Shown in pieces: positions 40,765 through 53,402 of a DNA stretch of 64,000 nt. Made by a program: the position numbers and the translations under genes. Under the pieces are notes generated by a model, which worked only from the letters and a program-made list of their open reading frames with translations, was not told the origin of the DNA and did no database searches. The first letter of the stretch is position 1, and each line of letters starts with the position of its first letter. This stretch comes from Octopus bimaculoides (lineage: Eukaryota), in NCBI RefSeq assembly GCF_001194135.2, contig NC_068984.1, forward strand, positions 36,801,870 to 36,865,869, in the 5' to 3' direction.

Positions 40765-40905
40765 CGTAACTTAGCGGCTTCATAAAAGACACTGACACAA
40801 TGAGTACAACGCTTACCAAAGAATAAATCCTGTGGTTGATTCCTTCGACTAACGGCGGTGCTCCACCATGGCCGCAGTCACATGACTGAAAAAAGTAAAG
40901 CAATA
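40765..40905 (+). mobile_element. 3' half of a third SINE family; related copy at ~63000-63170
   Basis: TTCGACTAA...CGGTGC.CCACCAT.GC.GCAGTC.AATGA.TGAAA.AAGTAAA is shared with 63090-63165. Confidence 0.65.
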
Positions 40906-40925
40906 AAAATCTATGCCATTTTAAT

Positions 40926-40953
40926 CCCGAGCAAGGCCGGGTATCTCTGCTAG
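40926..40953 (+). mobile_element. Helitron-type 3' terminus (GC hairpin followed by CTAG|T)
   Basis: CCCG-AGCAAGGC-CGGG hairpin, 8-nt spacer, CTAG at 40950-40953, then T. This is the established Helitron 3' end pattern; the 5' end was not located. Confidence 0.5.
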
Positions 40954-41019
40954 TATATAAATGAATATGTGTGCGTGTACGTATGTATATGTATAGGGAG
41001 AATTCACAAAAATAACAAC

Positions 41020-41150
41020 ACACGAAGACAGGTGGTGTTGAAAAGAAATAGATGTATTAGTTAACGCTCACGAAATGAGAAAGTCTTAAACTTTTCGAGC
41101 CTACGCTCTTCTACAGAAAGGAACACGGAAAGAAACAAGGAGAGAAGCAA
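41020..41150 (-). repeat. Second copy of the 100-235 repeat family
   Basis: Reverse complement aligns with 100-235, including CTGTAGAAGAGCGTAGGCTCGAAA. Confidence 0.75.
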
Positions 41151-41216
41151 GGAGAGAGAAAAATGTGTGTAGTGGTCACGATATTCAAAGGGTCTTTATG
41201 ATATGTATATGTATAT

Positions 41217-41247
<31 letters not shown>

Positions 41248-41639
41248 NNNNNNNNNNNNNNNNNNNNNNNNNNNNNNNNNNNNNNNNNNNNNNNNNNNNN
41301 NNNNNNNNNNNNNNNNNNNNNNNNNNNNNNNNNNNNNNNNNNNNNNNNNNNATGTATGTATGTATGTATGTAAGTGTGTACACCCATCAGTATTGCCAAC
41401 TTAAAATCAGAATTTGATGCTAAATTTCAGTAGAAAAAATACACCAAATATGCTAGACAATGCTAAGTATGACAAAAAAATCTAAACACTAATTATCAAA
41501 GAGCTTCATTTTTATTTACATTTTCATTTACTTTCTTTAATTATATTCAGCATTGAGAAATAATTTCTTGAATTTCACTGATTTGATCACTTTCAGTTGC
41601 AGTGCCTAGGTCTTGACTTCTGAATACATTTCAGGTCCC

Positions 41640-43461
41640 AATCTTGTTAATTATGTGTTTTGGAATATGGAAGTTTTTGCAACATTTACCATATCTTTTG
41701 AGGCATTATTGATCTAAACATAGGAAGATACATTTTGTTGTTCAATTTTGATTTGATTACACCCATACTACTGAAGAACATTTGAGTTTCGCAATGTCAA
41801 TATATTAATGGCAAAATTGGCAACATCTTTAAAAGGATTTCCTCCCGTAGCATGTTTATATTCCAAGACTTCCAGTCAGAATGCCTCAGATTGAGACGTA
41901 TTTGTTCATTTACCTAAATGAATGCTATTAAACTGAATTTCAATTGAAGCAATTTTTTCTTCAGTTAAATGAATAGCTTCTAAATTGGCTCTTTGAAATG
42001 CTGCAAAATATTCTCTACTGAAAAACATTTGACATTCGTATGTATATTAATATTTCCTGGCAAACGGTGCTTGAGCTCTTTATAAAGGCAGAGTAAAAAT
42101 TGTTGTGCCCTTTTACGAATATTATTTTCTTCGGTGTCTGTTACTTCTTGATAATCGTTTCTGCTATCTTTCTCTAGAACTGGTAACCTAAATTTGGTTT
42201 AGGATCCAGACATTTATCAATAGAAGCATCCGGATCAAGAGGATCAATTCTACATGTTCGCAACACTATCATATTAGCAACAGATTTGATCAAATTTGAA
42301 AGATCTTCAAGTAATTTTGTTTTGTCGACAGTGTTTGATTCAAAGAGTTTACTCACTTCCTGAACATTTTTTAAAATCGGATGCAAAAATAATAGGTAAT
42401 GTTCATTCCAGGAATCACAAAACATTTCATATAACGTCTTTGTTGTAAAGTATTTTTCTTTTGTAGTTGTAGCTTAAAATTCTATTTACCGCTGGTTCTA
42501 TTGACAGTCACCTAGTTGTACAGGAATTCACTATCTTCTAAAAGTCTTTATCATTAATAGCAAGGTAAAGTTGTTTGTAGGCACTATGTCTTTTTGAAGA
42601 ATGAGAGGACCATTTATAGGTTACGGATACTAAAAATTCTAAATTTTGGGGCAAGCATTCAGTACAAGTGTGGGATACTGCCAACTGTAAAAAATGACAA
42701 ACACATCTAAATAAAAGTAATGATGGGACTTCTTTTAATTTCTGGAAAACGCCATTGTTGACTCCTATAATTACTATAGCATTGTCGGCTCCTGTAGCTA
42801 ATAGATTTTTTATATCTAATTTCTTTTTCCCTAATTCAATTTTTAAGGTATCTACAATGCCATCTGCATCACATATTTCAAAAGATACCATACTGAGATA
42901 TGTATGTGCCACTTATTTGTCAGTGTCACTATAATATAGGATACCAATTCCTAACAACTTGTTTATCGATTGGATTCATCTAACAGCGGGCTAAATTTTC
43001 TATCTACTATATCAAAAATCAAATCTCCATCAAATTATGGAGCTACAACATTTCTCACAATATTTGCACATTTAGTATGATGCAACTTCACTTTGGATAT
43101 AATATCACTATCATACATATAATTCTTACATAACATTATTAAGTGATCACAGCTATTAAATGATGAGTGGCAACAAATAAACAATGCTAAATTTGCTTCA
43201 AGCATGGATGTCGTATTATATTTGGTTTTAATAAAATTGCTAAGAGGAATCATTCGTTGTGGAGTTGATGCCTTATATTTCTTTGCTTCACAGTGGCTTA
43301 CTAAAAGAGAATATTTTTGCCAATATATTACATCTACAATATCTGAAATGTGCTTTAGATTGGTCAATAGGTGCTTCACACAAACATTTAGTAAACGCTG
43401 GCATCTTAAGCCATTCCTTTCGGAATTTTTGATGGTACAACTTTCTTTTTTCTTTGCTCAT
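41640..43461 (-). pseudogene. hAT (ZNF862-like) transposase pseudogene
   Basis: N-terminal zinc-finger-like QKFRKEWL...CRC, then KCANIVRNVVAP, GADNAIVIIGVNNGVFQKL, CVCHFLQLAVS (CxxH), and a dimerisation-domain relic FKDVANFAINILTL.NSN...SSMGVIKSKLNNKM. Several frameshifts. Confidence 0.88.
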
Positions 43462-43877
43462 TATAATGTAGTGAGAAGCAAGACAATAAATAGAATGATT
43501 AATCAATATAAAATTGAAAACACAACTTATCAGTTTGCCGCTAACAATTCTTTCATTCGTCATTAACAATTCTTATGTTTGCTGCTTACAAATTCTTGAG
43601 GTGAAGAATACTGATTTAGGATGCAGGGTGGCCAACTTAAAAATGGAAAAGTAAAATCTGCATAAATCCTAAAACTGTATTCTGATATAAACCTGGGGAC
43701 ATCATATTCCGCTTCCGACCTTACATTTAGTATCTATTGGTAAAATCACAAATATAACTACAATACTTGACAAAAAAGTAAGTAGAAATATAAAGGGGGG
43801 GGGACCCTGCCACCACCGTACTTCTATGCAAGATATATAATCCAAAACAAGCATGAAAAAACATAAGCCAATTTTAA

Positions 43878-43982
43878 AACTGAAGGTAAATCAGTCAAAC
43901 TGAAGGTAAATCAGTCAAACTGAAGTTAAATCAGTCAAACTGAAGGTAAATCAGTCAAACTGAAGGTAAATCAGTCAAACTG
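43878..43982. repeat. 20-bp tandem repeat (AACTGAAGGTAAATCAGTCA) x5.25
   Basis: Five units with a single substitution, inside the hAT 5' non-coding region. Confidence 0.97.
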
Positions 43983-44911
43983 TCATAATAAAATTCATCA
44001 CTACAGAACATTCCATGCTTTCATTCTTTGCAACATATTTACATTATTGTGTAGTGAGTTCAGGTGCTGAAATGAGATATCTTCTCCCCCTCCCCCCGCC
44101 AGCACCACTCTGTATCCAAGCCGGGGGGTGGGGGTAGAAACGTTCATACCTTGATAAACTTGATTTTGATAAACTTTCATGTTGTGAAGATTCAAGGAAA
44201 TGAAAGAAAAATTCAACAATAGTCGATAGTACTAAAATTTGGCTATAAGATAGATTAACGAAAGTAGAACAAGAAGAAAAAGAAGAAAAAAGGGTAACTG
44301 TTGTGGAAATGTCATGATCAGAGAAATATGCTAAAACAAATGCTAAATAAAATTTTAAACCTGTTATTTTCCCTGCTAAATGCTAGATTCAAAACTTTTC
44401 TGCTAAATGCTGAAAAAAAATGCTAGATCTAGCATATAATATGTTAGATTGGTAACCTTAATACACATATATGTATGTATATATGTATATGTTTTTATTC
44501 AGCTTTATTTCAAGATTTATTGCCAATAGAGAGAGAGAGAGAGAGAGAGAGTCGGTTTCAAAAAAAAAAAATAGATCCAAGGCTCCTTCATTGGAAGTTC
44601 ACCACAAACAACATGGCATTTTTGTGTGTCATTGTTCAGTTTTATTTCAAGATATTTTGCCAATAGATAAAGTGCCAGTTTCTAACCAAGTTTCAAGGTT
44701 CCTTCGATGGTATTTCAACATCAACAACAGGGTATTTTCGCTTGTATGTGTTCATGTATGTATGTATGTATGTATGTATGTATGTTTTGCTTTATTGATG
44801 TATTCTCATGCATATAGTTGCATATCTAGACATGNNNNNNNNNNATGTATGTTTTGCTTTATTGATGTATTCTCATGCATATAGTTGCATATCTAGACAT
44901 GCTCATATATA

Positions 44912-46345
44912 TATTTAAATGATAAACTTCTGGAAAGTTTTACATATTTTTATAGTTCCAGTGATGGATTCGCTATGTAATCACGAATTAGCTTTCTCCA
45001 TTCTGATTTTGAGAATCCTAATTTCTCAAGATTGGTATTTAAGCAATGTGTTACGTATCCCCGGCCCCTATAATTACTGAACTTGTAATCTGGATAGAGT
45101 AACAGCAGATTTCTCAATAGCTTAGCATAGGTGTTCTCTTTTTCACTGATCTTCAGCTTTATGTTAACATCCGCTGGGCAGCTAATTTCCACAACTGTGC
45201 ACAGTTTCTCTTCTCTATCCCAAACCATTATATCAGGTCTGTTGTACATACATTATATTGTGGTCTTCACCGGGACATTCCACCAATAATCCTTTTTATC
45301 ATGAGTGGCTTTTACTTTTACCATACTTTGGGTTCTTATTTCTTTGTCCTCGGGGTTATCTTTCCGATGGATTTGATCATAGAGTGTCCTAGCTACAATA
45401 ACATGTCTCATCGGTAGATAATGCCGCGATGACATTTTCGGACAACTGCTTATGATGTGCGTGATATTTTCGGTGTGAACTCCTTAAAGTCTGCATCGGT
45501 TGTCACATCTTCCTGCTTTTCCTGCATATCTGTCCTTTTTGTGGATACCCTTCAAAGTGGGAGGTAGTAATCCGGCTATTAGTCCATCGATCATCAACTG
45601 CTTTGACAATCGATGTTACTGTCATCTCGGAGCTGTCTGCTAACATATCCATACATAGTCTTCTGCTCATATAGACTCGTCCTTTCGTCTGATGATACGT
45701 TACGGTAGAGTCGTGCAAATTCTTTGAGCATGTGTTGTAGGTTATCAGACAAAGAATGTTGCTCAAAGAGTTGCCTTCCAAAGTCCTGTGATGTTATCAG
45801 CCTCATGTATGCAAACTTGGTAAAGGGATGCCTTTATATACTTGGTGCTTAAAAGATGAAAGGATTTGATACGACATTCAAAGGCATTTTGGATCAATTT
45901 TAAGCAACTACCGCCTTGTTTTCATTTTGAGTAGAGGCGGTCTACGTCACTGTTTTTGTGGAAATTAAGTGTGCATGTTAGTATTTTTCGGATTTTCATA
46001 TCAATGGCTCGGATCTCATCAAGCGTCCAACCAACCAGCCCAAATGCTGGTATGAGTACTGGCACCGCCAACACATTGTGGGCCACTGTTTTATTGAATG
46101 CAGAAAGTTCTGAGGCACAACTTTTCTTTATTGGGCTGTAATATTATTTAGTGACACGTGTTTTGTTACAGGTGTCATTGTAAGATGTGTTTTCATCCAC
46201 CCTTAGGTACCTGTAACATTCCTCGTCAGATATAGGGGAAAGAGTCGAATCATTGATTGAGATGTTGCTAGTCTGGTTTGTAGTTTACCCTCCTTTCACA
46301 ACAATATGACAACATTTATCCTGACCAAACTCCAACTCTACATCC
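44912..46345 (-). mobile_element. R4/Dong-type non-LTR retrotransposon, 5'-truncated (RT end, zinc knuckle, RLE)
   Basis: EFGQDKCCHIVVKGG...CYRYL, NKTVAHNVLAVPVLIPAFGLVGWTLDEI, HKNSDVDRLY...GG, YLPMRHVIVA, RPDIMVWDREEKLCTVVEISCP (PD-(D/E) RLE), TGTIKICKTF. Confidence 0.85.
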
Positions 46346-47905
46346 TTTCAGAATATTGTAGCTAGGGCAAGGCTCTTTTTCATTTCATGCATATTCTTTG
46401 CATATATGTGTGTATGTATGTATGTATGTATGTATGTATATATGTACGTACGTATGTATACGTGCAGACTTGTATGTTTTATGTATGTCTTCTCATGTAT
46501 ATACTTGCATATCTGCAGGTATGTATGTTTGTATGTATGTGTATGTATGTATGTATATATGAACTTTACGTAAGTTGAAATACGTTTGCCACCTATTCGC
46601 TGGTTGGCACTGATGCTGCTATTAGTATCTGTATCTATATGAATATGTATAAAGCTTAGCACTCACTTTCAAACGATTGAGATCCGCTGGTTTGTGCTAC
46701 GTTTTCGATAATTGCTTTAGGTGCGGACTATATACGCAAATTGTATTCGTGAATTAGACATCTGCTTTTGTATTTGAAGTGAGGTCAGTTTCATAATATC
46801 AACATGCATAATATGGGGGGATAATGCAATAACTTCTATAAAAACTCTCTAAAAATAGTTAATTCATTCCAAGGTGAGCGGATCAATTATAACGATATTT
46901 CTTTTAATTTATGTTTAGAGTAACCACTATCGTTTGATCGAGAATAATTATTCGCATTCTCTCCAAAGAAATGAGGAATCAGATTTTTATGAGTTAACTC
47001 CTTTAAAATTCAATTCATATTCGTTTTTCAGAAAGCATAAACAAGGCAACTCATGCTTTTAATAACCAAAGACTAGACAATCTAAATAGCATTGGTATTT
47101 CTGTCCTTGTTCATTTAGCATTTGTTACTGTATTTTAATCCATACACTGTTTGACAAACGTTAATCGGGGGCCGTGATTCGGATAAAAGCATAAATAAAT
47201 AAATATATATATATATATATATANNNNNNNNNNNNNNNNNNNNNNNNNNNNNNNNNNNNNNNNNNNNNNNNNNNNNNNNNNNNNNNNNNNNNNNNNNNNN
47301 NNNNNNNNNNNNNNNNNNNNNNNNNNNNNNNNNNNNNNNNNNNNNNNNNNNNNNNNNNNNNNNNNNNNNNNNNNNNNNNNNNNNNNNNNNNNNNNNNNNN
47401 NNNNNNNNNNNNNNNNNNNNNNNNNNNNNNNNNNNNNNNNNNNNNNNNNNNNNNNNNNNNNNNNNNNNNNNNNNNNNNNNNNNNNNNNNNNNNNNNNNNN
47501 NNNNNNNNNNNNNNNNNNNNNNNNNNNNNNNNNNNNNNNNNNNNNNNNNNNNNNNNNNNNNNNNNNNNNNNNNNNNNNNNNNNNNNNNNNNNNNNNNNNN
47601 NNNNNNNNNNNNNNNNNNNNNNNNNNNNNNNNNNNNNNNNNNNNNNNNNNNNNNNNNNNNNNNNNNNNNNNNNNNNNNNNNNNNNNNNNNNNNNNNNNNN
47701 NNNNNNNNNNNNNNNNNNNNNNNNNNNNNNNNNNNNNNNNNNNNNNNNNNNNNNNNNNNNNNNNNNNNNNNNNNNNNNNNNNNNNNNNNNNNNNNNNNNN
47801 NNNNNNNNNNNNNNNNNNNNNNNNNNNNNNNNNNNNNNNNNNNNNNNNNNNNNNNNNNNNNNNNNNNNNNNNNNNNNNNNNNNNNNNNNNNNNNNNNNNN
47901 NNNNN

Positions 47906-48290
47906 AGCATGCCGGGCGAAATGCTTAGGAGTATTTCGTCTGCCGTTACGTTCCGAGGTTGACTTTACTTTTCATCCTTTCGGGGTCAATAAATTAAGTA
48001 ACAGTTACACACTGGGGTCGATGTAATCGACTTAACCCCTTTGTCTATCCGTGTTTGTCCCCTCTATGTTCAAGCCCCTTGTGGGCAATAAGGAAATAAG
48101 AATCGTTAGCACGCCGGGCAAAAGGCATAGCGGAATTTCGTCCTTTATGTTCTGAGTTCAAATTCCGCCGAGGTCAAAAGTTTCTTTCACCCTTTCGGGA
48201 TCGATAAAATAACTACCTGTTGAACATTGGAGTCGATGTAATCGACTTACCCCACCACTAAAATGCTTGACTTTTTTAAACAAAATTTGA
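47906..48290 (+). mobile_element. Two tandem copies of the dominant tRNA-derived SINE
   Basis: Second copy has a B-box GAGTTCAAATTCC. Both contain TTTCA.CCTTTCGGG.TC.ATAAA and GTCGATGTAATCGACTTA. Confidence 0.88.
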
Positions 48291-49077
48291 AAGCAATATG
48301 TATGGTGTATGTAGGAAGCTGAAGGATCACTTGAAGGCTCCCTCCATAGTTCTAGTGGATGCCCTCCTTCCTATTCGGTTAATATATTTGTTATTATTAT
48401 CGGATTTCCTTGACATTGAATTGCATAAGTAATACGTAGATATAACGAAAGTACGAAACGGACGTGCTTACCGTTTCAACTTATTCTGAATTTATATATT
48501 TATTTCTTTTACTGCATTTAAATATTATTTATTGAAATTCGTCTTTTCAATTTATATCTTTCTCCTCCGTCCTCCTCCTTCACATACACGCACGTACACA
48601 TATGTGTGTGTACGTGCGCACGTCTGTATACATGTCTGTATGTATCTATTACCAGTATTTTTCTTTGTAAAAGTGAATGTGTATCCTACTAAAACATACT
48701 GAGGAATCTTACAGTTTAATGTTAAACTAGTTTACAGACAGCCATTTAATAACACACGAAGCTATTAAATTTTCTCCGCACAACATCGATGTTTGCAAAG
48801 AGAGTACCACTGCAATAGAGTCTGTTCATAGCCAATTTATAAGGGCGTGAGGTTTCTTTTGTCCCTTTCTTGTTGAATTTAGAGATACGTGTTTGTTTTA
48901 TTCATGCAGATTGACATTTGATCCCAGGGCATCTTTCATAATTCTTCATATTTCAGCGTACAATTTTCGCTTTTCCTTTTCCTTTGTCTTGGAAATATTA
49001 ATGTGCATGTTAGAAATTCCCCTCATCAACTCTCTCTCTCTCTCTCTCTCTCTCTCCCNNNNNNNNNNNNNNNNNNN

Positions 49078-49117
<40 letters not shown>

Positions 49118-49564
49118 GTTGCTGAATAATTAACGATTTAAGAAGAAAAACAAAATATCTATGACGCCTGTTAAACTATAAACTACTTTCTCTCTATAGG
49201 AAACTTAGTAAAAGGTTAAATTTAGCTTGATTTATTTGTCCCAAATTATGCTGCACTGACGATTCGAAAGGAGGATTACATAACGCTATACATGGCTACA
49301 AATTACTAGAAACTTCAAGAATTTTATAGTGTGTAGAAAAAATGTTAATTGTGTATACTATGTATACTTTTTTTGTTACTTTGTCGTAAATTCAAACTTT
49401 CAAATCTTCCTCAACTTAGCTAATACTAGAGTATGCCACATGTCTTTTTCTTTTGACTCTTATTCGTTCACAAAATTGACTTCGGTTATAGTTTTTTCCA
49501 GTTTACATCTTTGTTTCCTGTTTACTTACGACTGTACGCATAAAAATTCTTTTTGCTATAGGCA

Positions 49565-49760
49565 CAATACCTCAAATTTGCAGAGAGTAGTCTAGTCTAT
49601 TTCATTGACCCAGTGCTCAACTGGCTTTTATTTTATCGACCCTGAAGAATAAAAGTCAATGTCGACTTCAGTGGAATTTGAAGACGAAACATAAAGGCGG
49701 ACAAATATTGCTAAGTATTTTGTCCGGCGCCCTAATGATTCTGCTACCACGCCGCCTTAG
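49565..49760 (-). mobile_element. Dominant tRNA-derived SINE copy
   Basis: CTCAACTGG...TTATTTTATCGACCCTGAAGAAT...GGAATTTGAA...GCTAAGTATTTTGTCCGGCGCC. Confidence 0.8.
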
Positions 49761-51620
49761 TGTTTGTGTATAATACTATCATTATCATTTTCACCTGTCC
49801 TATTTTTTCATATTTCTTTTATTTAATATGACATCATTTTATTTTTGTATTACGTCCTTCTGTTTACAAAATACAAAATCTAAGCTGTATTAGAACACTT
49901 TCATCCTCATGTTTCAGATATTTATATTTATGTGAAAATATATGTACATCTAATAGAGAAACCTGATTTCTAAGACTAATTCAGCTATTATACACTTATT
50001 GAATTCTAGAAAAGACGGGGAAAATGTCGGCGTGGATTCGTAGATTAAAAAAGATAATGGAACAGAAAATTTCCCTGAGTGTTCAATACATTTATTAAAA
50101 TTTTATTTCTTTGTGCACTTTTGTTTCCATATTTTAGCTTAGCTTGTTTGATGATTTTGACTGTTGAACCATTTCCTGCATGTATATGCATACTTTTAAC
50201 GGTATACATCTGACGATGTTTCTCTGTATATATTGGAACATATATACTTGAATGTAGATTTGGAAATGTATTTTTGGATATAGATTTCGTAAGACTATCT
50301 TTATTAATTGCTATAAATCTTGAGTTTCCGTCTGACTTTTGAGAATTATCAATAAATTTCAGCGTCAGTTGGAATGACAAAATAGCGCATAATGTATGAA
50401 CATTTCAGCACGAGTAATCAAAACTTTTGTAAATTAGTTATATTTTCAGGAAGAAATAGTCTGATTTATGAAATTACTGTACGTTCATTTGATATAGTGG
50501 GTGGTGTCACTCTGACCTTATCATTAATTAACGTCCGAATTATTACATGAAGATAGAAGAGAGAAACATATCCTATTCTACTGAGATTTCATTTTGCAGC
50601 TGTTGGAATGCCCTCATGCTAACGCGTACATATAACGTATCATAGTGATCTCAGACACAATAATGCATTGTGAAACGAATACAGAGACATTCCAAATAAA
50701 GAAACACATACATACATTCTTATAAACACACAAATATACACAGATACACGTTTCCATAGACACAAAAGCACACACAATTACATCTAACTGTCAAAGTGAA
50801 CTCACAAACAAGAACATTTAGCAGAAAACCAATTAAAGGGCACTCCTGAAAAACTGAATACAATTACAGAGTAAGATAATAAGGTTTACAATTTGTTATA
50901 ACCAATATAAATATTCTGAAAGAATGGATCCTATCTTATATCATATGAAGAAACCAGTAACCGTTAAAACAAAATATCCAGTCATGAATGAATGCTATAT
51001 AGTATGTCTAATACGTGTGTACTTGTGTATGTATGCGTGTGTGTGTTAGCAATACATTAGAAACAGCCTTTCTAATGAATATTGATTTCCTTATCCAACT
51101 TAACTTGGATGTGTTGTTTTCAAGGTTGTAAGCTTCGGTGGTCGTCTTGATAAATCATCTCGTATAGATGTTGAGTGATTGAAGGCACCACAGAAGGATG
51201 GCATTGTTTAACACAGGCCTGCCAGCATCTTGCGTTTAGTCAGTGTTAAATTATGTCGATTTGACGGAATTTTTGATCTGACATTCGGTGGTAGGTTGCC
51301 TTTTAACTGAGGAAGGGCAAATTACATTGAAAAATCACATGACACAACAGTCTCGTACGCCTGTACTCACTAAATTTCGTCTACCGTAGTAATCTGTACT
51401 TTTTAATAGTCAACGACTATATGAGATGACTTTTCAGGAGTACCGCAGATTACAGCGGTTGGATGTCAAAATGTATGTGTGTGTGTCTCTGCTTGTGTGC
51501 GCGTGTAAATTACAGAATAAGATAAGAGTATTTAGTTCATGTGGTAAAGTTTATGTATGTAAAGTCGAAGATTCACCTCATAATAACTCGGAGTCTTATA
51601 CATCTGCGAGTTGTTTGCAA

Positions 51621-51656
<36 letters not shown>

Positions 51657-52935
51657 TGTGTGTGTGTGTCTGTGTGTCTGTGTGTCTGTATGCACATAAA
51701 TAAACAGTCATTAAATGAATAAATCAAATGCTTTCTCTCTATTTTTCTCACTAACACTTCGCTCATAGTATTTATTATATATATATCAGTATTTATGCGT
51801 ATGTCATATTTGACACAAGTTTCATAGTGTGTTAGTGTGTAGGCGTATTTAACTTTGATCTATATAAGATGCACATTCTTGTAAAAACATACGCATAAAT
51901 ATGCATATATTCATGAATGGATTGACACTGAAACAGAATGAGAATAAACAACCACGGTGTAAGATGAAAATTTATTTATTAATGGTTCTATTGATTGATT
52001 CATGAAGTATTTCACTGAAGTGTGGGTTTCTGTTAAACATTTTTGGAGCATGCGTTGTATGTTTAAAATAGATATTCTTCTTGAAAATACTTAGATTACT
52101 GTAGCATGAGTGGTAGAAATATGCGATTTCAAGCACAGTATCAACAACATTTGCTGTTGAAGTAAACTGAAAAATTTATCGCCGACAAGCAAAGATGGAA
52201 CTTTATATCGGTCATCCAAATTGTAAGAAATAGCAATCAAATATTCTCAGATGATGCCATAACGCCTTTAATAAGGAAGGCCACGTTAAATAACATACTA
52301 TTGGATGAACTGTGTTATACAATAAATGATGGAATGCTATGCATGGAAATCTTTTAATAATAGGCCATTTGGATCAGAGTTAACCTGTGTCTAAATGAAA
52401 CTATATCATTAATATGTAATTATACAATGGATGCAAAGAAATTTCCCTCCGTTAACCTTAAAATAATTAACGACATAGATATTCTTAAAGCACATATAGC
52501 CAAGTGATACGTCTGAATTATATGCCTCTTCATCAAATCCTGATGTTTATTTGAACATTAGATGATGCATTGGAGAATTGTTTATGGAACAGTTCATGGG
52601 GTCACACTTTATCAAATCAGTTTTTATTTGTTTTCGCAATTATCTTCGGTTTGACTCGCAGCTTTTCAGCATTTCAAGAGAGTCTGGAAGATGTCGTGCA
52701 TAAAAGCCCTAAAATATTAACACCTTCTAACCTATCAGACAATGGCCAACCTGCCTTTCAAATATAAATATCTTTGTGGTGATGTGTTTAGCTAATTCTT
52801 CTCTCAGTGGAAGTTAGACGTGACACGCACGCACATACATATATTCACATATGCATGTATTAACTATACGTATATAAAAATATGTGCGTGTATAGGCGGG
52901 TATGTGTGTGCATATATGTACGTATATACGCACAC

Positions 52936-52968
<33 letters not shown>

Positions 52969-53347
52969 NNNNNNNNNNNNNNNNNNNNNNNNNNNNNNNN
53001 NNNNNNNNNNNNNNNNNNNNNNNNNNNNNNNNNNNNNNNNNNNNNNNNNNNNNNNNNNNNNNNNNNNNNNNNNNNNNNNNNNNNNNNNNNNNNNNNNNNN
53101 NNNNNNNNNNNNNNNNNNNNNNNNNNNNNNNNNNNNNATATATATATATATATATATAAACATCCACATGAATGAATGTGTAAGCATTTATTAATGGTCA
53201 TTTATATACGCTCGCCCATTTGTTTCTTTATTTAACTTAGCTGTATATGCCTGTGCAAGCGTTAACAATACATATCTTCTTGTATGCAATGGCGTTTCTA
53301 TAGTTGTTGGCATTCTGTTTTATATGTGCTTTTGCTTATACATGTAG

Positions 53348-53402
53348 ATATGTGAGAAACATATTCTCAAAGTATGAACATTGTTGCGCAGGAGCCATGA
53401 AG
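53348..53402 (+). CDS. Possible 55-nt host exon (RYVRNIFSKYEHCCAGAMK), unrecognised
   Basis: T-rich acceptor TGCTTTTGCTTATACATGTAG, donor AAG|GTGATT, one open frame. Not phase-compatible with the next candidate exon, and no homology recognised. Confidence 0.2.

Larger units (their letters stand above)
41388..44460 (-). mobile_element. hAT-superfamily DNA transposon (~3.07 kb, non-functional)
   Basis: Transposase relic inside; degenerate TIRs CAGTATTGCCAAC (41388) and ATTGGTAACCTTA (44448-44460); flanking 8-mers ACACCCAT / ATACACAT match at 6 of 8; TGCTAAA/TGCTAGA clusters near both ends. Confidence 0.8.

Noticed and set aside
43878-43982. Regular short repeats here and at 3917 and 17977 as possible CRISPR arrays
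   Set aside because: They are contiguous tandem units without unique spacers, in eukaryotic DNA with no cas genes.
44783-44900. 57-bp direct repeat on either side of a 10-N gap
   Set aside because: Identical sequence flanking a minimal gap is a typical unmerged contig overlap artefact.
46220-46235. CTGACGA hammerhead-core 7-mer on the minus strand
   Set aside because: It lies inside the R4/Dong coding relic with no stems or downstream GAAA.
50430-50530. NSLIYEITVRSF resembling the GH13 IYQIYPRSF motif
   Set aside because: The following residues lack the DSNGDG motif and the frame ends quickly; probably chance.
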